Below are positions 19,052-29,597 of a stretch of DNA of 32,000 nt, in pieces. The notes beneath the pieces are model-generated. The model was not told the DNA's origin and searched no databases. It was given only the letters and a program-made list of their open reading frames with translations. Position numbers and translations under genes: made by a program. Source of the DNA: a cyanobacterium endosymbiont of Braarudosphaera bigelowii (lineage in GTDB: Bacteria; Cyanobacteriota; Cyanobacteriia; Cyanobacteriales; Microcystaceae). Each line of letters opens with the position of its first letter. Within the stretch, counting starts at the first letter, position 1. The DNA lies in NCBI RefSeq assembly GCF_020885515.1, contig NZ_AP024987.1, positions 1,350,001 through 1,382,000 of the forward strand, written 5' to 3'.

Positions 19052-20806
19052 CTATTCTTCGATGTCTCTAACAGATAGAATATCTATATTCCAAAATGCT
19101 CCTCCTAATGGAGAATAGTTGATACCTATAAAACGATCTTTAACTGCAGCAAAAGAGTAAGGATTAACCAGATAAATAAATGGTAAATTCTCTGAAACTG
19201 TTTTTTGAGCTTCTGCATAAATATCTTTTCTCTTTTCTATAGAAAGTTCTTGGGAACCAGCCACATATAAATCTTCTATTTTTTTCTCCCATCCTGATAC
19301 TACTCTTCCAGTAATTAAACTTGAATTAGACTGTAAATCTTGATTAAACATGTGAAGATTACCATCTGTGTACCAAACATTCGGAGAATGCGGTTCATTT
19401 CCTCCTGTTAAACCAATAATATTAGCTTCCCAATCCAAAGAATTACTCAATTTATCTATTAATACATTAAAAGCAAGAGGACTAAAGTTAACTTTTATTC
19501 CTAATTCTTTTAAATCTTCTTTTACTTGTGCTCCAATAGCTTCTCGAACTTTATTTCCTGCATTAGTTATTAAGTTAAATTCTATACGATTTCCATTTTT
19601 ATCTAATAAATTAGAGTCTTCATCATATTTAAAACCTTCTTTGAGTAATAAATCTCTAGATTTTTGAACATTATAATCATATCCTTTGATTTCCTTATCA
19701 TAATAAGGAGATTGTGTTGAAATTTGAGTATTTTGAAGACTTCCCAAGCCTCTATAAATATTGTTTATTATTCGGGTTCTATTAATTCCATAAGCAATAG
19801 CCTGTCTAAAATTTTTATTGTTAAACCAACTAGATTTAATGGGATCTACTAAAAATTTTCCATCTCTTTCACCTTTATTAAGATTAAATGACATAAAGTT
19901 TGTACTATAAGAAGGTCCTCCATTATAAATAGTAAAATTGTTACGCTTTTCTTCTCTTTTTAAAAGAGAAAAATATTCGGGCGTAACACTAATAGAATCT
20001 AATCCTCCAGATCTAAACTGTAATAATGCAGTGTCAGTAGACTCGACAATCTCCCAAATAACATTTTCAATATTAGGTAATTGAGATCCTTCGGAATCTT
20101 TTTTCCAATAATAAGGATTTTTTTCAAAAATAATTCGCTGACTAGTGATATATTTTTTAATTTTAAAAGGACCATTAACAATAATATTTTTAGGAGGAGT
20201 GTCAGTTCCCCAGGTTGATAAAAATTTTGGATTTCCTTTTTCGTCAACATCTTTTACAGTTTCAAGTAGAGAATGGGCAGGCAATATGGGAAGCTGAGCA
20301 TTATCTAAAAAGGGGGCAAACGGTTCAGAAATTTTAAACTCAATATGTTGTTGATCAACTTTTCTTATAATTGGTAAATCTCTACTTTTTCCCACTCTAA
20401 AATTATCTCGATAATTGTTAGGAATTTTTTTGTTAAGGTATAGGTTGTTATATGTAAAAATTACATCATCTACAGTTAAGTCTTCACCATCAGACCATTT
20501 AAGATTTTTTCTCAATGTGAATAAAATGCTTAATTTATCATCAGAAATTTTCCAAGACTTTGCAAGTGCTGGTTCTTTCCTACCAGTAATTGGATTCTCT
20601 GTAATTAATCCTTCATACGTCAATGAAAAAATATTTGGAGATTCCTGAGACAGAACAGCGTTAAAGGTCTTAGGGTCACTTAAAACAGATAAAACAACTT
20701 GATTCTTATTGTTATTTACAACACAAGCATTAAGTTGTAATAAACATATACTTGCAAAAATAATCAATAACCAACGTAGAAAAATAATATATTTTTTTTT
20801 GTACAT
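19052..20806 (-). CDS. Peptide/oligopeptide ABC transporter substrate-binding lipoprotein (SBP family 5)
   Basis: Lipobox LLQLNAC after a hydrophobic signal, TWKISDDKLSILFTLRKNLKWSDGEDLTVDDVIFTYNNLY-type SBP_bac_5 signature, FRQAIAYGINRTRII. The track starts at 20836; in-frame ATG 20806 gives a normal lipoprotein signal peptide. Confidence 0.9.
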   Translation of the reverse strand: MYKKKYIIFLRWLLIIFASICLLQLNACVVNNNKNQVVLSVLSDPKTFNAVLSQESPNIFSLTYEGLITENPITGRKEPALAKSWKISDDKLSILFTLRKNLKWSDGEDLTVDDVIFTYNNLYLNKKIPNNYRDNFRVGKSRDLPIIRKVDQQHIEFKISEPFAPFLDNAQLPILPAHSLLETVKDVDEKGNPKFLSTWGTDTPPKNIIVNGPFKIKKYITSQRIIFEKNPYYWKKDSEGSQLPNIENVIWEIVESTDTALLQFRSGGLDSISVTPEYFSLLKREEKRNNFTIYNGGPSYSTNFMSFNLNKGERDGKFLVDPIKSSWFNNKNFRQAIAYGINRTRIINNIYRGLGSLQNTQISTQSPYYDKEIKGYDYNVQKSRDLLLKEGFKYDEDSNLLDKNGNRIEFNLITNAGNKVREAIGAQVKEDLKELGIKVNFSPLAFNVLIDKLSNSLDWEANIIGLTGGNEPHSPNVWYTDGNLHMFNQDLQSNSSLITGRVVSGWEKKIEDLYVAGSQELSIEKRKDIYAEAQKTVSENLPFIYLVNPYSFAAVKDRFIGINYSPLGGAFWNIDILSVRDIEE

Positions 20807-20918
20807 TGTATCTAAGCAATTGATTGGTAACACCATCTAGAATATTGATAAAGTAAAGATATGTAAATAGAATAAAAGAATATCTGACTAAATAAGCTCT
20901 CTTTTTACATAACTTCAA

Positions 20919-21944
20919 TTAATATTTAATGCGAGGATCAATATAGGCATTAACTAAATCAACTAATATACTTACGGAAACTACAATTACGGAGAAAAAA
21001 ACTATAATTCCTTGGACTGTCGTGTAATCTCTCGCAGCTATTGCTTGATATAGGCTATTTCCTAATCCTGGCCAAGAAAAAGTTACTTCAGTTAGAACCG
21101 CGCCACCTAATAAAGAGGAAAAAACTAGGCCTAAAATAGTAACAACCGGGATAAGAGCATTTTTTAAGGCATAAAACAATATAATTCTATATTCGGTGAT
21201 ACCTCTAGCTCTGGCAGCCTCAACATACTTAGTTTGAAGAGTATACCGAAGATTTAGCCTTACTGTTCTCTCGAAAATACCACTGAGTAATAAACCTAAA
21301 GTTATACAAGGTAGTATTAAGTGATAAGCAGAAGTAAAGAATTGGTAGACATTACCATTTAGAAGACTATCTATAGTATAGATTCCTGTTATTTTATCAG
21401 GAGGAATCTTATCTAGTGGAAAACGAGTCCCAAGAGGAAGTAACTTTAGTTGAACTGCAAATATTAACTGAAAAACCATCCCTACCCAAAAAATTGGTAA
21501 AGAATAAGATATTATCCCAAATAATCGACTGATTAAATCTATTACAGTGTTAGGGTTTAATGCTGATATAGTTCCTGCAATTATCCCAATAATTATTGCT
21601 ATAATCATACTATATATTGTCAATTCGGCAGTAGCAGGAAAGTGCTCTGTAATTATTTTCCACACAGGCTGTCCCTGGTTAACAATAGAATTACCTAAAT
21701 TTAAAAATAAAAGTTGTTTTAAATAGCTTAAGTATTGGAACCAAAGCGGTTGATTTAATCCTAAAGTTTCTCTTAAGTTCTCTTTCGCAAACTCTGGGGC
21801 ACGATTTCCCAAAATTGCATCAGCTGGATCTCCTGTTGCTACTCTTAAAAGCAAAAATACTAAAGTAACTATTGTCCATATCATTACAGGAGCAATAAGT
21901 AAGCGAACAAGAACATAGTTTTGTATTGCTTTTAAACGAGACAT
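20919..21944 (-). CDS. Peptide ABC transporter permease (DppB/OppB-like)
   Basis: RLLIAPVMIWTIVTLVFLLLRVATGDPAD N-terminus, EAARARGITEYRIILFYALKNALIPVVTILG EAA loop, TEVTFSWPGLG. Confidence 0.92.
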   Translation of the reverse strand: MSRLKAIQNYVLVRLLIAPVMIWTIVTLVFLLLRVATGDPADAILGNRAPEFAKENLRETLGLNQPLWFQYLSYLKQLLFLNLGNSIVNQGQPVWKIITEHFPATAELTIYSMIIAIIIGIIAGTISALNPNTVIDLISRLFGIISYSLPIFWVGMVFQLIFAVQLKLLPLGTRFPLDKIPPDKITGIYTIDSLLNGNVYQFFTSAYHLILPCITLGLLLSGIFERTVRLNLRYTLQTKYVEAARARGITEYRIILFYALKNALIPVVTILGLVFSSLLGGAVLTEVTFSWPGLGNSLYQAIAARDYTTVQGIIVFFSVIVVSVSILVDLVNAYIDPRIKY

Positions 21945-22450
21945 TAAAATAAATAACAGCGAATATTTTTATAGATATTCTACTATTCTAAAGGTTTTAA
22001 TTTATTTTAGTAACTCTTTAGGCATCAATTTAAGATGCTTTAATTTATTTCTAGAATTTTTAATTCATTAAGTTTAAAATAAAAAATTAATTTTTATTTT
22101 TTAACGACCATGGATTGAAATATTTTTTATAAAAGTAATTAAGTTATATCAAGCTTGTACAAATATTCTTTCTCATTCACAATCTTTTAAAAGATATGTA
22201 ATAAAAGTGGAGAAAATAGGCTTTGTGTATTAAATTGAAGAAATTACGCTTAAATTTTAAATAAATTCCTATTTTTATATTTAAGAATATATAGTATCAA
22301 TATATAAATAATACTGAATATATGACAATAGAATTTAGCTTGTTTGAGAACTTGTTTATTCAAGTCTTAAATGAAGAAATTGATAAAAATAGTTAGAATA
22401 TAAGACTAGTTTAAGATCTAGAGCAAGAAACTTACCTCTCGGTATGCTCC

Positions 22451-23584
22451 ATGGCAGCATTTTTCAATAATCAATTTAAAGTTTTAATTCGCCCTCTAAA
22501 GTATGAGGATCTTGATTGGCTAGAGATCCTAGATGTTGAAGCAATCCAAGTTCAACCGAGTTTAGGTTATATTTCTTTTCAAGAGGAATTAAGACAAACA
22601 AGGTACTGGTTTAGGTTAATAGAAATCTTTAATTGGCTTCCTAATTTTTTGGGAAACTACCGTAAAGTATACATCGCAGAATTATTCAACATTTCTGGTA
22701 ATTCAATATTAAAAGGATTTATTCATATCTCTCCTTTTAATATAAACTTAAGTACTTGGCGAATTGAAAGGATTATAGTTGTTTCAGACAAAAAACAACA
22801 GGAAAAGTTGAGTAACTCTGAAGAACTTAGAGCTCAACTACTACGTTATTGTTTAGAAATTATATGTGAAGCACGAACTTGGATTTTAGAAGTTGATATT
22901 AATCGAAATGATTTCCTAGCTCTATATCGCCAAAATGGATTTCAACCTTTAGCTAAACTTACTTATTGGTTATTAGATTCAAAACTACTTTGGACTTTAT
23001 CACAACAAAATTCAAATATTCCTAATCTTTTACCTGTTAGTAATTCTGATGCACATTTACTATATCAATTAGACTGTGTTTCCATGCCTCCTTTATTACG
23101 TCAGGTCTTTGATCGTAATTCCCAAGATTTCAAAACATCTTTGTCAACATCAATATTTACAAAATGGCAACAATGGTTTTTTGACAAGGAAATAGCGAAG
23201 GGTTATGTTTTTGAACCTCAAAGGAAAATAGCGATTGGTTATTTTAAGTTAATTTTATCGAAGAGTAACTTTCAATCACATCAGGCATATCTAGTTATTC
23301 ATCCTGCATATACTTGGCTTTACCCAAAGTTATTAATACAAATATCACAAATTGTTCAAAAATATCCTAATCAAAATTTAGAGATCGTCTCAGCAGACTA
23401 TCAAAATGAAAGAGAAAATTATCTAAAAGAACTTGGAGCAAATCGCCTTAAACATACTTTATTGATGTCACGTTCTGTATGGCATAAGTTTAAAGAAGTA
23501 AAAACAAACGAACTTTATTTATCTGAAATGCTGCAAGGATTACGTGTAGCCCCAAGAAATCCTATTCCTAATAGATTTTTATAG
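22451..23584 (+). CDS. GNAT-like N-acetyltransferase family protein
   Basis: LIRPLKYEDLDWLEILD start; RAQLLRYCLEIICEARTWILEVDINRNDFLALYRQNGFQPLAKLTYWLL resembles the GNAT acetyl-CoA binding/C-terminal region. Confidence 0.65.
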   Translation: MAAFFNNQFKVLIRPLKYEDLDWLEILDVEAIQVQPSLGYISFQEELRQTRYWFRLIEIFNWLPNFLGNYRKVYIAELFNISGNSILKGFIHISPFNINLSTWRIERIIVVSDKKQQEKLSNSEELRAQLLRYCLEIICEARTWILEVDINRNDFLALYRQNGFQPLAKLTYWLLDSKLLWTLSQQNSNIPNLLPVSNSDAHLLYQLDCVSMPPLLRQVFDRNSQDFKTSLSTSIFTKWQQWFFDKEIAKGYVFEPQRKIAIGYFKLILSKSNFQSHQAYLVIHPAYTWLYPKLLIQISQIVQKYPNQNLEIVSADYQNERENYLKELGANRLKHTLLMSRSVWHKFKEVKTNELYLSEMLQGLRVAPRNPIPNRFL

Positions 23585-23845
23585 ACTGAAATGTTAGCAA
23601 GATTTTTCAACAAATATTGTTTAAAAAACATTTTATTTTTAGTTTTTTGAGTATAAACAGAAAAGATCCAAATTAACTTTCCGTATTTTTTATTCGATCA
23701 TATTAATGATATAAGTCATTAATTAGTTTAAAAGATCAAGAAAATAGGAATTAAACATTTGCATAATATTACATTTTTCTTAAAAAATATAATATTGTGC
23801 AAATCTTATTAAATTATTGAGATAATATAAAGTCTTATTCTTATT

Positions 23846-24208
23846 TTGGTATTGAAATTTATCGTGTCCCAACTTACTCTTAATTTAGCTCAAGGATCCA
23901 TAAAATTTAATTTTCCCTTTGAAGATGCACAGGCTCTAAAAGTAGAAATTGACAACTTAATGCAAAGACTGAAAATAGTTGCATCGAAGATTAACAATGG
24001 AGAACAAAAAAAGGCAGAAGAATCTCTAGACTACCAGTATAGAGGGGAAGTGTTGGTAGAAATTTTTTGTAATCCCAATATTTATCCTACTCCGTTTGCT
24101 GCAAAAGTATTACTTACTATTCGAAATGAAAAAATTCGTTTTAGTACAGAAACAGAACTAACCCGAATTGTTGATGATTTAAGACAATATTTAGAACAAT
24201 ATAGATAA
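23846..24208 (+). CDS. Conserved-looking hypothetical protein, 114-120 aa
   Basis: Open frame with normal composition, on the same strand as the GNAT gene. The TTG start at 23846 is doubtful; in-frame GTG 23864 would give MSQLTLNLAQGSIKFNFPFED. Confidence 0.7.
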   Translation: MVLKFIVSQLTLNLAQGSIKFNFPFEDAQALKVEIDNLMQRLKIVASKINNGEQKKAEESLDYQYRGEVLVEIFCNPNIYPTPFAAKVLLTIRNEKIRFSTETELTRIVDDLRQYLEQYR

Positions 24209-24224
24209 TTAGCCATACAGATAA

Positions 24225-24250
24225 TAGTAATATAGATAACTATATTACTA
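24225..24250. terminator. Bidirectional terminator-like hairpin TAGTAATATAG-ataa-CTATATTACTA
   Basis: 11-bp perfect stem with a 4-nt loop in the convergent intergenic space between 24208(+) and 24379(-). Confidence 0.5.
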
Positions 24251-24378
24251 GTTTAGCCTTTTCAAACGAAATATCAGTTAAGTATTTACATAAAGTCCAT
24301 AGTCTTTTAGAAAATTATAATTTTCTAATTTTTATTCTAAATATTCAAATAAATACTAAATATAATTATATTTCTACT

Positions 24379-27273
24379 CTATTTAGAAAGAGTTGACATA
24401 TTCATTCTTGTTTTGAAAATAGAGTTTAATGCTTCATTCAAAGTCTTTGCCATAACAACTTTATTTTCATAAACAACTATTACTCTCACTAAAGTTGGTA
24501 AACTATTTTTTTCTGCTTCTAAATATAATGGTTCAACATAAAGTAAAGACTGTTCTTTAAAAAAAGGAATTACTAAAAGATTTCCTTGTATAACTCTTGA
24601 TTTCTGCCTAGTCCATAAAGATATTTGTTGAGAAATAACTGGATCTTGACTGATCAATGCTTCTATTTGTTCTGGTCCATAAATAATTCTTTGCTTAGGC
24701 AATCTAAATAATAACATTTCACCATAGTTGTTTTCATCTGAACGAGCAAATAATCCAGCAATTAAGTTATTACGGCTAGTAGGAGTATAAACATTAAATA
24801 ACATAAACTCTGGTGTATCATTTATTAAACTTATCAATAAATAATAAGGTTCTATAGGTTGTTGATTTTCTCCATAGATCTCTTGAGGAATTCGCCACTG
24901 ATCTTCTCGATTATAAAAAACCTGAGGATCTGTCATGTGATAAGTTAATAATCTCTCTGATTGAACATTAAACATATCTTTTGGATAGCGTATATGATTT
25001 TTTATGAAAAGAGGTATTTCTTGAAATGGTTTAAAAAGGTTAGGAAATATTTTACTCCATGTTTTGATTAGTGGATCATCTGGATCGATTACGTACAAAC
25101 TAACATCTCCATCATAAGCATCAATAACAATTTTTACTGAATTACGAATGTAATTAAAAGTAGAATTCCCTGGTTCAGAATAAGGATAACGATTACTAGT
25201 TGTGTAAGCATCGATCATCCAGTATAGTTTTGTTTCCTTTAGATTATTATTTCCTACCTGCACTTTGGTTGTTACTAAATACGGATCGTTATCAAAAAGA
25301 AGAAATGGAGCAATTGTTCTTATCCTATGATTGATATTACGACAAAAAATTAGTCGAGTATCTGGAGTAAAATTACGGGTAAATATCATTTGCCAGTCTC
25401 TTAGATAATTAGCAAATAAAACTTTCCTAACCCAGTTTTTAATTTTAATTCCTCCTTTACCATCGTAGGTGTTATAAACATTATCTTGACCACTAGGAAA
25501 ATCTAATTCTTGGACTTCTGTATTAGTCATGATATAAGTATTAGTTGATTCTCCGAAATAAATTCTAGGATTATCAATAGGAATTTCTAATTCATTATTA
25601 AAAGTTTGTAAGTTTCTTATTCTATTTTTTGTATCAATATTTTGTACAGAATAAAATGGTAATCCACCTTCATCTACTTTATTTACTGGTGATAAAGTAA
25701 ATCCATAGCCATGAGTATATACTAAATGTTCATTGACCCAGGTTTTTGCAGGTTCTGGTACTGCTTCATACTCTAATTCCCGAGCTGCAATTAAAACTTG
25801 TTGTTTCACGATTTTAGATAAATTATTATCTGCTACTAGTGAGATTGAATAACGATCAATATCTGCATCGTTAAATTTATAATAAGGCCGAAGTTGTTGT
25901 AGTTGTCGATTAGTTTGTAATAAAGGACGAGGATCCCATAAACGAATGTTATTAATAGTAAGACGGTTTTCGTCTAAAAATTTTTCAGTTAAGTTTCCAG
26001 TTCCATGAAAAGTTTTAATTTTGATTTTATCAAGATTAAAAGCTCGACGAGTTGAAGCAATATTGCGTTTTATATATGGTATTTCTCGAGCCAATTCATT
26101 AGGTTCTACAATTAAACTCTGCACTATCTCTTGGCCAAACCAAGTAATAGGTAAAATAGCTATATATATGAACAACGGAGAATAGTAAAAAATACTTTTT
26201 GTATTATTTTTTGTTCCTCGAAATAATAATAATAAAGAGAAAATAACTAGTATGATCGCTGTTAGTGTATAAATAGGAATAAGAAAATAAATATCAGTAT
26301 AACTAGCCCCAAAAACAACTCCTCTAGAAGAATATAGTAATTCATACCTAGCTAACCAATTATGAAATGCAACATCTAATGCAAATAGACCACCTAAAGT
26401 AAATATATGGCGTAGTTGTTCTTGAGAGAATCCTATAAATCGACCCGATCTTAGACTATTAGCTGCCATAAGATAAGTTAAAACAACATAGATTAATCCA
26501 AACAAAAACAAACCGCTTAACCAGAAATCAATTAATTTCCAAAATGGAAAACTAAAAATATAAAAACTAATATCTTTACCAAATTGAGGATCGGCTTCAC
26601 CAAAAGGAGTAGAATATAAATATTGTAAAACCCGAGACCAATTACTTGACAACGTCAGACCCAATATTAAGCTAAAACTTAAAGACGTTACTCTAAAACA
26701 AAGATTTATATTCAATAAAATTACAAATATAGTTACTCCGATAATCCCAATTTTCCATAATTGATTTACTTCTTGCAGAATAAATTTAAAATTAAAATCC
26801 AATGGAGATAAGGAAGGTATCATTGGTATCTCGTTTTGTAGAGGAAAATTAGAGATCCAAGAATTATAAGCGACTTCACCATAATATAAGATTATTAACC
26901 CTATCACTCCCCCTAGTCCTATAACAATGCAAATTAAATAGAATAATCCTAGGGAAGGAGAAGAAGGATACCGATCAAGCTTTGTAAATTGAGATTTATC
27001 TTGGGTGTATATCTCATAGTCTTGAGAAGGATTACTCCATTTATAATATTCTGCTTGATTTAAATTTATAAATAAAAACCATATAGAACAACTACTAACA
27101 GATATTAATAAACCTAATTTCCAAAAAATCTGCTTAAAGAAAACCTCTAGATAGCCTACTTCCTCAAACCAAAATTTCTCTACAACGATGTAAGAAGATA
27201 GTTCACAAAGACATCCAAGAACTAATATCAGTAAACCAAGTCGAGTAAAATAACGTTTTGAAAATTTTATCAT
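24379..27273 (-). CDS. UPF0182 family multi-pass membrane protein
   Basis: 964 aa; seven-ish N-terminal hydrophobic segments, then a large soluble region with RRAFNLDKIKIKTF, NNIRLWDPRPLLQTNRQLQQLRPYYKFNDADIDRY, VYTHGYGFTLSPVNKVDEGGLPFY and TNTYIMTNTEVQELDFPSG. Confidence 0.92.
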   Translation of the reverse strand: MIKFSKRYFTRLGLLILVLGCLCELSSYIVVEKFWFEEVGYLEVFFKQIFWKLGLLISVSSCSIWFLFINLNQAEYYKWSNPSQDYEIYTQDKSQFTKLDRYPSSPSLGLFYLICIVIGLGGVIGLIILYYGEVAYNSWISNFPLQNEIPMIPSLSPLDFNFKFILQEVNQLWKIGIIGVTIFVILLNINLCFRVTSLSFSLILGLTLSSNWSRVLQYLYSTPFGEADPQFGKDISFYIFSFPFWKLIDFWLSGLFLFGLIYVVLTYLMAANSLRSGRFIGFSQEQLRHIFTLGGLFALDVAFHNWLARYELLYSSRGVVFGASYTDIYFLIPIYTLTAIILVIFSLLLLFRGTKNNTKSIFYYSPLFIYIAILPITWFGQEIVQSLIVEPNELAREIPYIKRNIASTRRAFNLDKIKIKTFHGTGNLTEKFLDENRLTINNIRLWDPRPLLQTNRQLQQLRPYYKFNDADIDRYSISLVADNNLSKIVKQQVLIAARELEYEAVPEPAKTWVNEHLVYTHGYGFTLSPVNKVDEGGLPFYSVQNIDTKNRIRNLQTFNNELEIPIDNPRIYFGESTNTYIMTNTEVQELDFPSGQDNVYNTYDGKGGIKIKNWVRKVLFANYLRDWQMIFTRNFTPDTRLIFCRNINHRIRTIAPFLLFDNDPYLVTTKVQVGNNNLKETKLYWMIDAYTTSNRYPYSEPGNSTFNYIRNSVKIVIDAYDGDVSLYVIDPDDPLIKTWSKIFPNLFKPFQEIPLFIKNHIRYPKDMFNVQSERLLTYHMTDPQVFYNREDQWRIPQEIYGENQQPIEPYYLLISLINDTPEFMLFNVYTPTSRNNLIAGLFARSDENNYGEMLLFRLPKQRIIYGPEQIEALISQDPVISQQISLWTRQKSRVIQGNLLVIPFFKEQSLLYVEPLYLEAEKNSLPTLVRVIVVYENKVVMAKTLNEALNSIFKTRMNMSTLSK

Positions 27274-27601
27274 TATATGAAAATTAGAATTTTAAATATA
27301 AAAATTAAAAACTAAAGAGGGAGTAAAGATTAATATCTCTATATACAATCGTGATAATATCTTATTACTTATTTATTAATACATAGTACTAATATTTGTA
27401 AATATTATATTGCTACCTGATTATTTATAATTATTGTTTATTAAAATGTTTAGTCAATTGCTAACTTAGTAAATTAAGGTTATAAAGTTATTAAAAAATA
27501 TATTAATACATTGGTTTTCAAAAGTTTAGATCATTAAAGCGATTTTTGAGAGAAAGAGTTATGCATAGTTATATATTTTGATTAACTATAAAGAATATAC
27601 A

Positions 27602-27636
27602 AAAAAGTTTTCTATTTTTAGAATAGAAAACTTTTT
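27602..27636 (-). terminator. Terminator-like hairpin downstream of rpoC1 (AAAAAGTTTTCTATT-tttag-AATAGAAAACTTTTT)
   Basis: 15-bp perfect inverted repeat with a 5-nt loop, 72 nt past the rpoC1 stop. The outer ATAC/GTAT also pairs past one bulge, and the downstream arm ends in a T run. Confidence 0.7.
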
Positions 27637-27707
27637 GTATAGAATATGATTTGTTTTTTTAGCAGCTCTACAATAATCTTCTTATAGTATAGAAATACGT
27701 TAAAAAA

Positions 27708-29597
27708 TTAGTGTAATGAAGCTAAGGCATCTTGAATCGTTTTGTTATAAATTATTCGTCCTGCAGTAGTACGAATAAACTGAGAAAGATTTTCTCCATT
27801 TAGTTCTCTAACTTTACGTTCTCTGTAATATTTGATTATACTACCATCCTCAGAGGTTTCTGTTTTTATTACTTCTTTATCTGGTTTGTCTGTAACAATC
27901 TCTTCATAAGGATCTTCACAACGAAGCCAAATATAAGCATGTAAATCAATATTACCTTGTTCATAGGCTTTAATAGCATCTTCAAAATTGGCGAAATATC
28001 TTCCTCCTCCTTGCTGAGCTTCAGGGTTTTCTGCTGTAAGGTAATAACATCCGAGGACCATATCTTGCGAAGGAGCAACTATAGGGGCTCCTGTTGCTGG
28101 TGATAGGATATTATGGCAAGCTAACATCAATAGTCTTGCCTCTGCTTGAGATTCCAATGATAAAGGAACGTGGACTGCCATTTGATCACCATCAAAATCA
28201 GCATTAAATGCTGGACAAACTAAAGGATGTAGTTGGATAGCTCTTCCTTCAACCAGAATAGGTTCAAATGCTTGAATTCCTAGACGATGTAAAGTAGGAG
28301 CACGGTTAAGCAAAACAGGGTGTCCAGTAATTACTTCTTCTAGAACATTCCAAATACTAGAATCGCCTTTAATAATAAGTTTTTTAGCAGCTTTGATATT
28401 ATTTACTAGGCCTAAGCGAATTAGTCGATGAATAACGAAAGGTTGAAATAACTCAATAGCCATTTCACGAGGTAGTCCACACTGGTAAATTTTTAATTTT
28501 GGACCTACTACGATTACAGAACGACCCGAGTAATCAACCCTCTTCCCTAAGAGATTTTGACGAAAACGACCTTGCTTACCCTCGATTATGTCAGATAAAG
28601 ATTTTAGTGGTCTATTGTTTGCTCCTACTACTGTACGACCTCTCCTTCCATTATCAATTAAAGCGTCAACTGCTTCTTGCAGCATTCGTTTTTCATTTCT
28701 AACAATAATTTCTGGAGCAAGAATTTCTTGAAGTCGAGCTAAACGGTTATTACGGTTAATTACTCTTCGATACAAATCATTTAAATCAGATGTAGCAAAA
28801 CGTCCTCCATCTAGCTGAACCATAGGCCGAAGATCCGGAGGAATTACAGGAATTACTTCTAAAACCATCCACTCAGATAATGATCCAGTAGCAATAAAAT
28901 TATCTATTACCCTTAAGCGTTTAATGAGTTTAGCTCTTTTTTGTCCTTTACTTTGAGTGATCTCTTCTCGAAGTTTTTCTGCTATTTCTTCTAGGTCCAT
29001 TTCTTGAAGTAACCTATGAATAGCTTCTGCGCCAATACCAACTTCTATCCCATACAAATCTGAATCTTCAGCATAAATTTGATCTTCAATTTCAATCCAC
29101 TGTTCTTCAGTTAATAGTTGTTTGTATTGAAGATTGCTAGCATTACCAGGATCTAGGACTACATAAGCATTAAAGTAAACAATTTGCTCTACGTCTTTTA
29201 AAGCCATATCAAGCAAGATGCTCATATAGCTAGGAATTCCTTTCAAATACCATACGTGTGTAACAGGAGCAGCTAACTTTATAAACCCCATACGATGTCT
29301 ACGAACACGTGATTCTGTAACTTCAACACCACAACGTTCACAAACAATACCACGATGACGAACTCTTTTATATTTGCCACACCAACACTCCCAGTCTTTT
29401 GAAGGACCAAAAATCCGTTCACAAAATAGTCCGTCCATCTCTGGTTTCAAAGTTCTGTAATTGATGGTTTCAGGTTTTGTTACCTCTCCAACAGTAGTAC
29501 CATTCGGAAGAGTTCTTTCTCCCCATTGACGGATACGTTCTGGAGAAGCTAATCCAATTTTGACATAGTCAAATCTTGTATCTTGTGCTGGTTTCAT
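27708..29597 (-). CDS. rpoC1: DNA-directed RNA polymerase subunit gamma (cyanobacterial split beta')
   Basis: N-terminal [50 protein letters not shown] zinc site, [26 protein letters not shown], and the [19 protein letters not shown]-type catalytic motif; ends at 629 aa as expected for RpoC1. Confidence 0.98.
   Translation of the reverse strand: MKPAQDTRFDYVKIGLASPERIRQWGERTLPNGTTVGEVTKPETINYRTLKPEMDGLFCERIFGPSKDWECWCGKYKRVRHRGIVCERCGVEVTESRVRRHRMGFIKLAAPVTHVWYLKGIPSYMSILLDMALKDVEQIVYFNAYVVLDPGNASNLQYKQLLTEEQWIEIEDQIYAEDSDLYGIEVGIGAEAIHRLLQEMDLEEIAEKLREEITQSKGQKRAKLIKRLRVIDNFIATGSLSEWMVLEVIPVIPPDLRPMVQLDGGRFATSDLNDLYRRVINRNNRLARLQEILAPEIIVRNEKRMLQEAVDALIDNGRRGRTVVGANNRPLKSLSDIIEGKQGRFRQNLLGKRVDYSGRSVIVVGPKLKIYQCGLPREMAIELFQPFVIHRLIRLGLVNNIKAAKKLIIKGDSSIWNVLEEVITGHPVLLNRAPTLHRLGIQAFEPILVEGRAIQLHPLVCPAFNADFDGDQMAVHVPLSLESQAEARLLMLACHNILSPATGAPIVAPSQDMVLGCYYLTAENPEAQQGGGRYFANFEDAIKAYEQGNIDLHAYIWLRCEDPYEEIVTDKPDKEVIKTETSEDGSIIKYYRERKVRELNGENLSQFIRTTAGRIIYNKTIQDALASLH

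Noticed and set aside
19368-20648. ORFs 19368-19667(+), 19999-20250(-), 20415-20648(+)
   Set aside because: All lie within the well-supported substrate-binding protein gene in other frames.
20730-20918. Minus-strand ORF, 62 aa, between permease and binding protein
   Set aside because: Overlaps the signal-peptide coding region of the binding protein in another frame; composition is AT-driven.
27869-28702. ORFs 27869-28078(-) and 28499-28702(+)
   Set aside because: Inside rpoC1 in other frames; no motifs.
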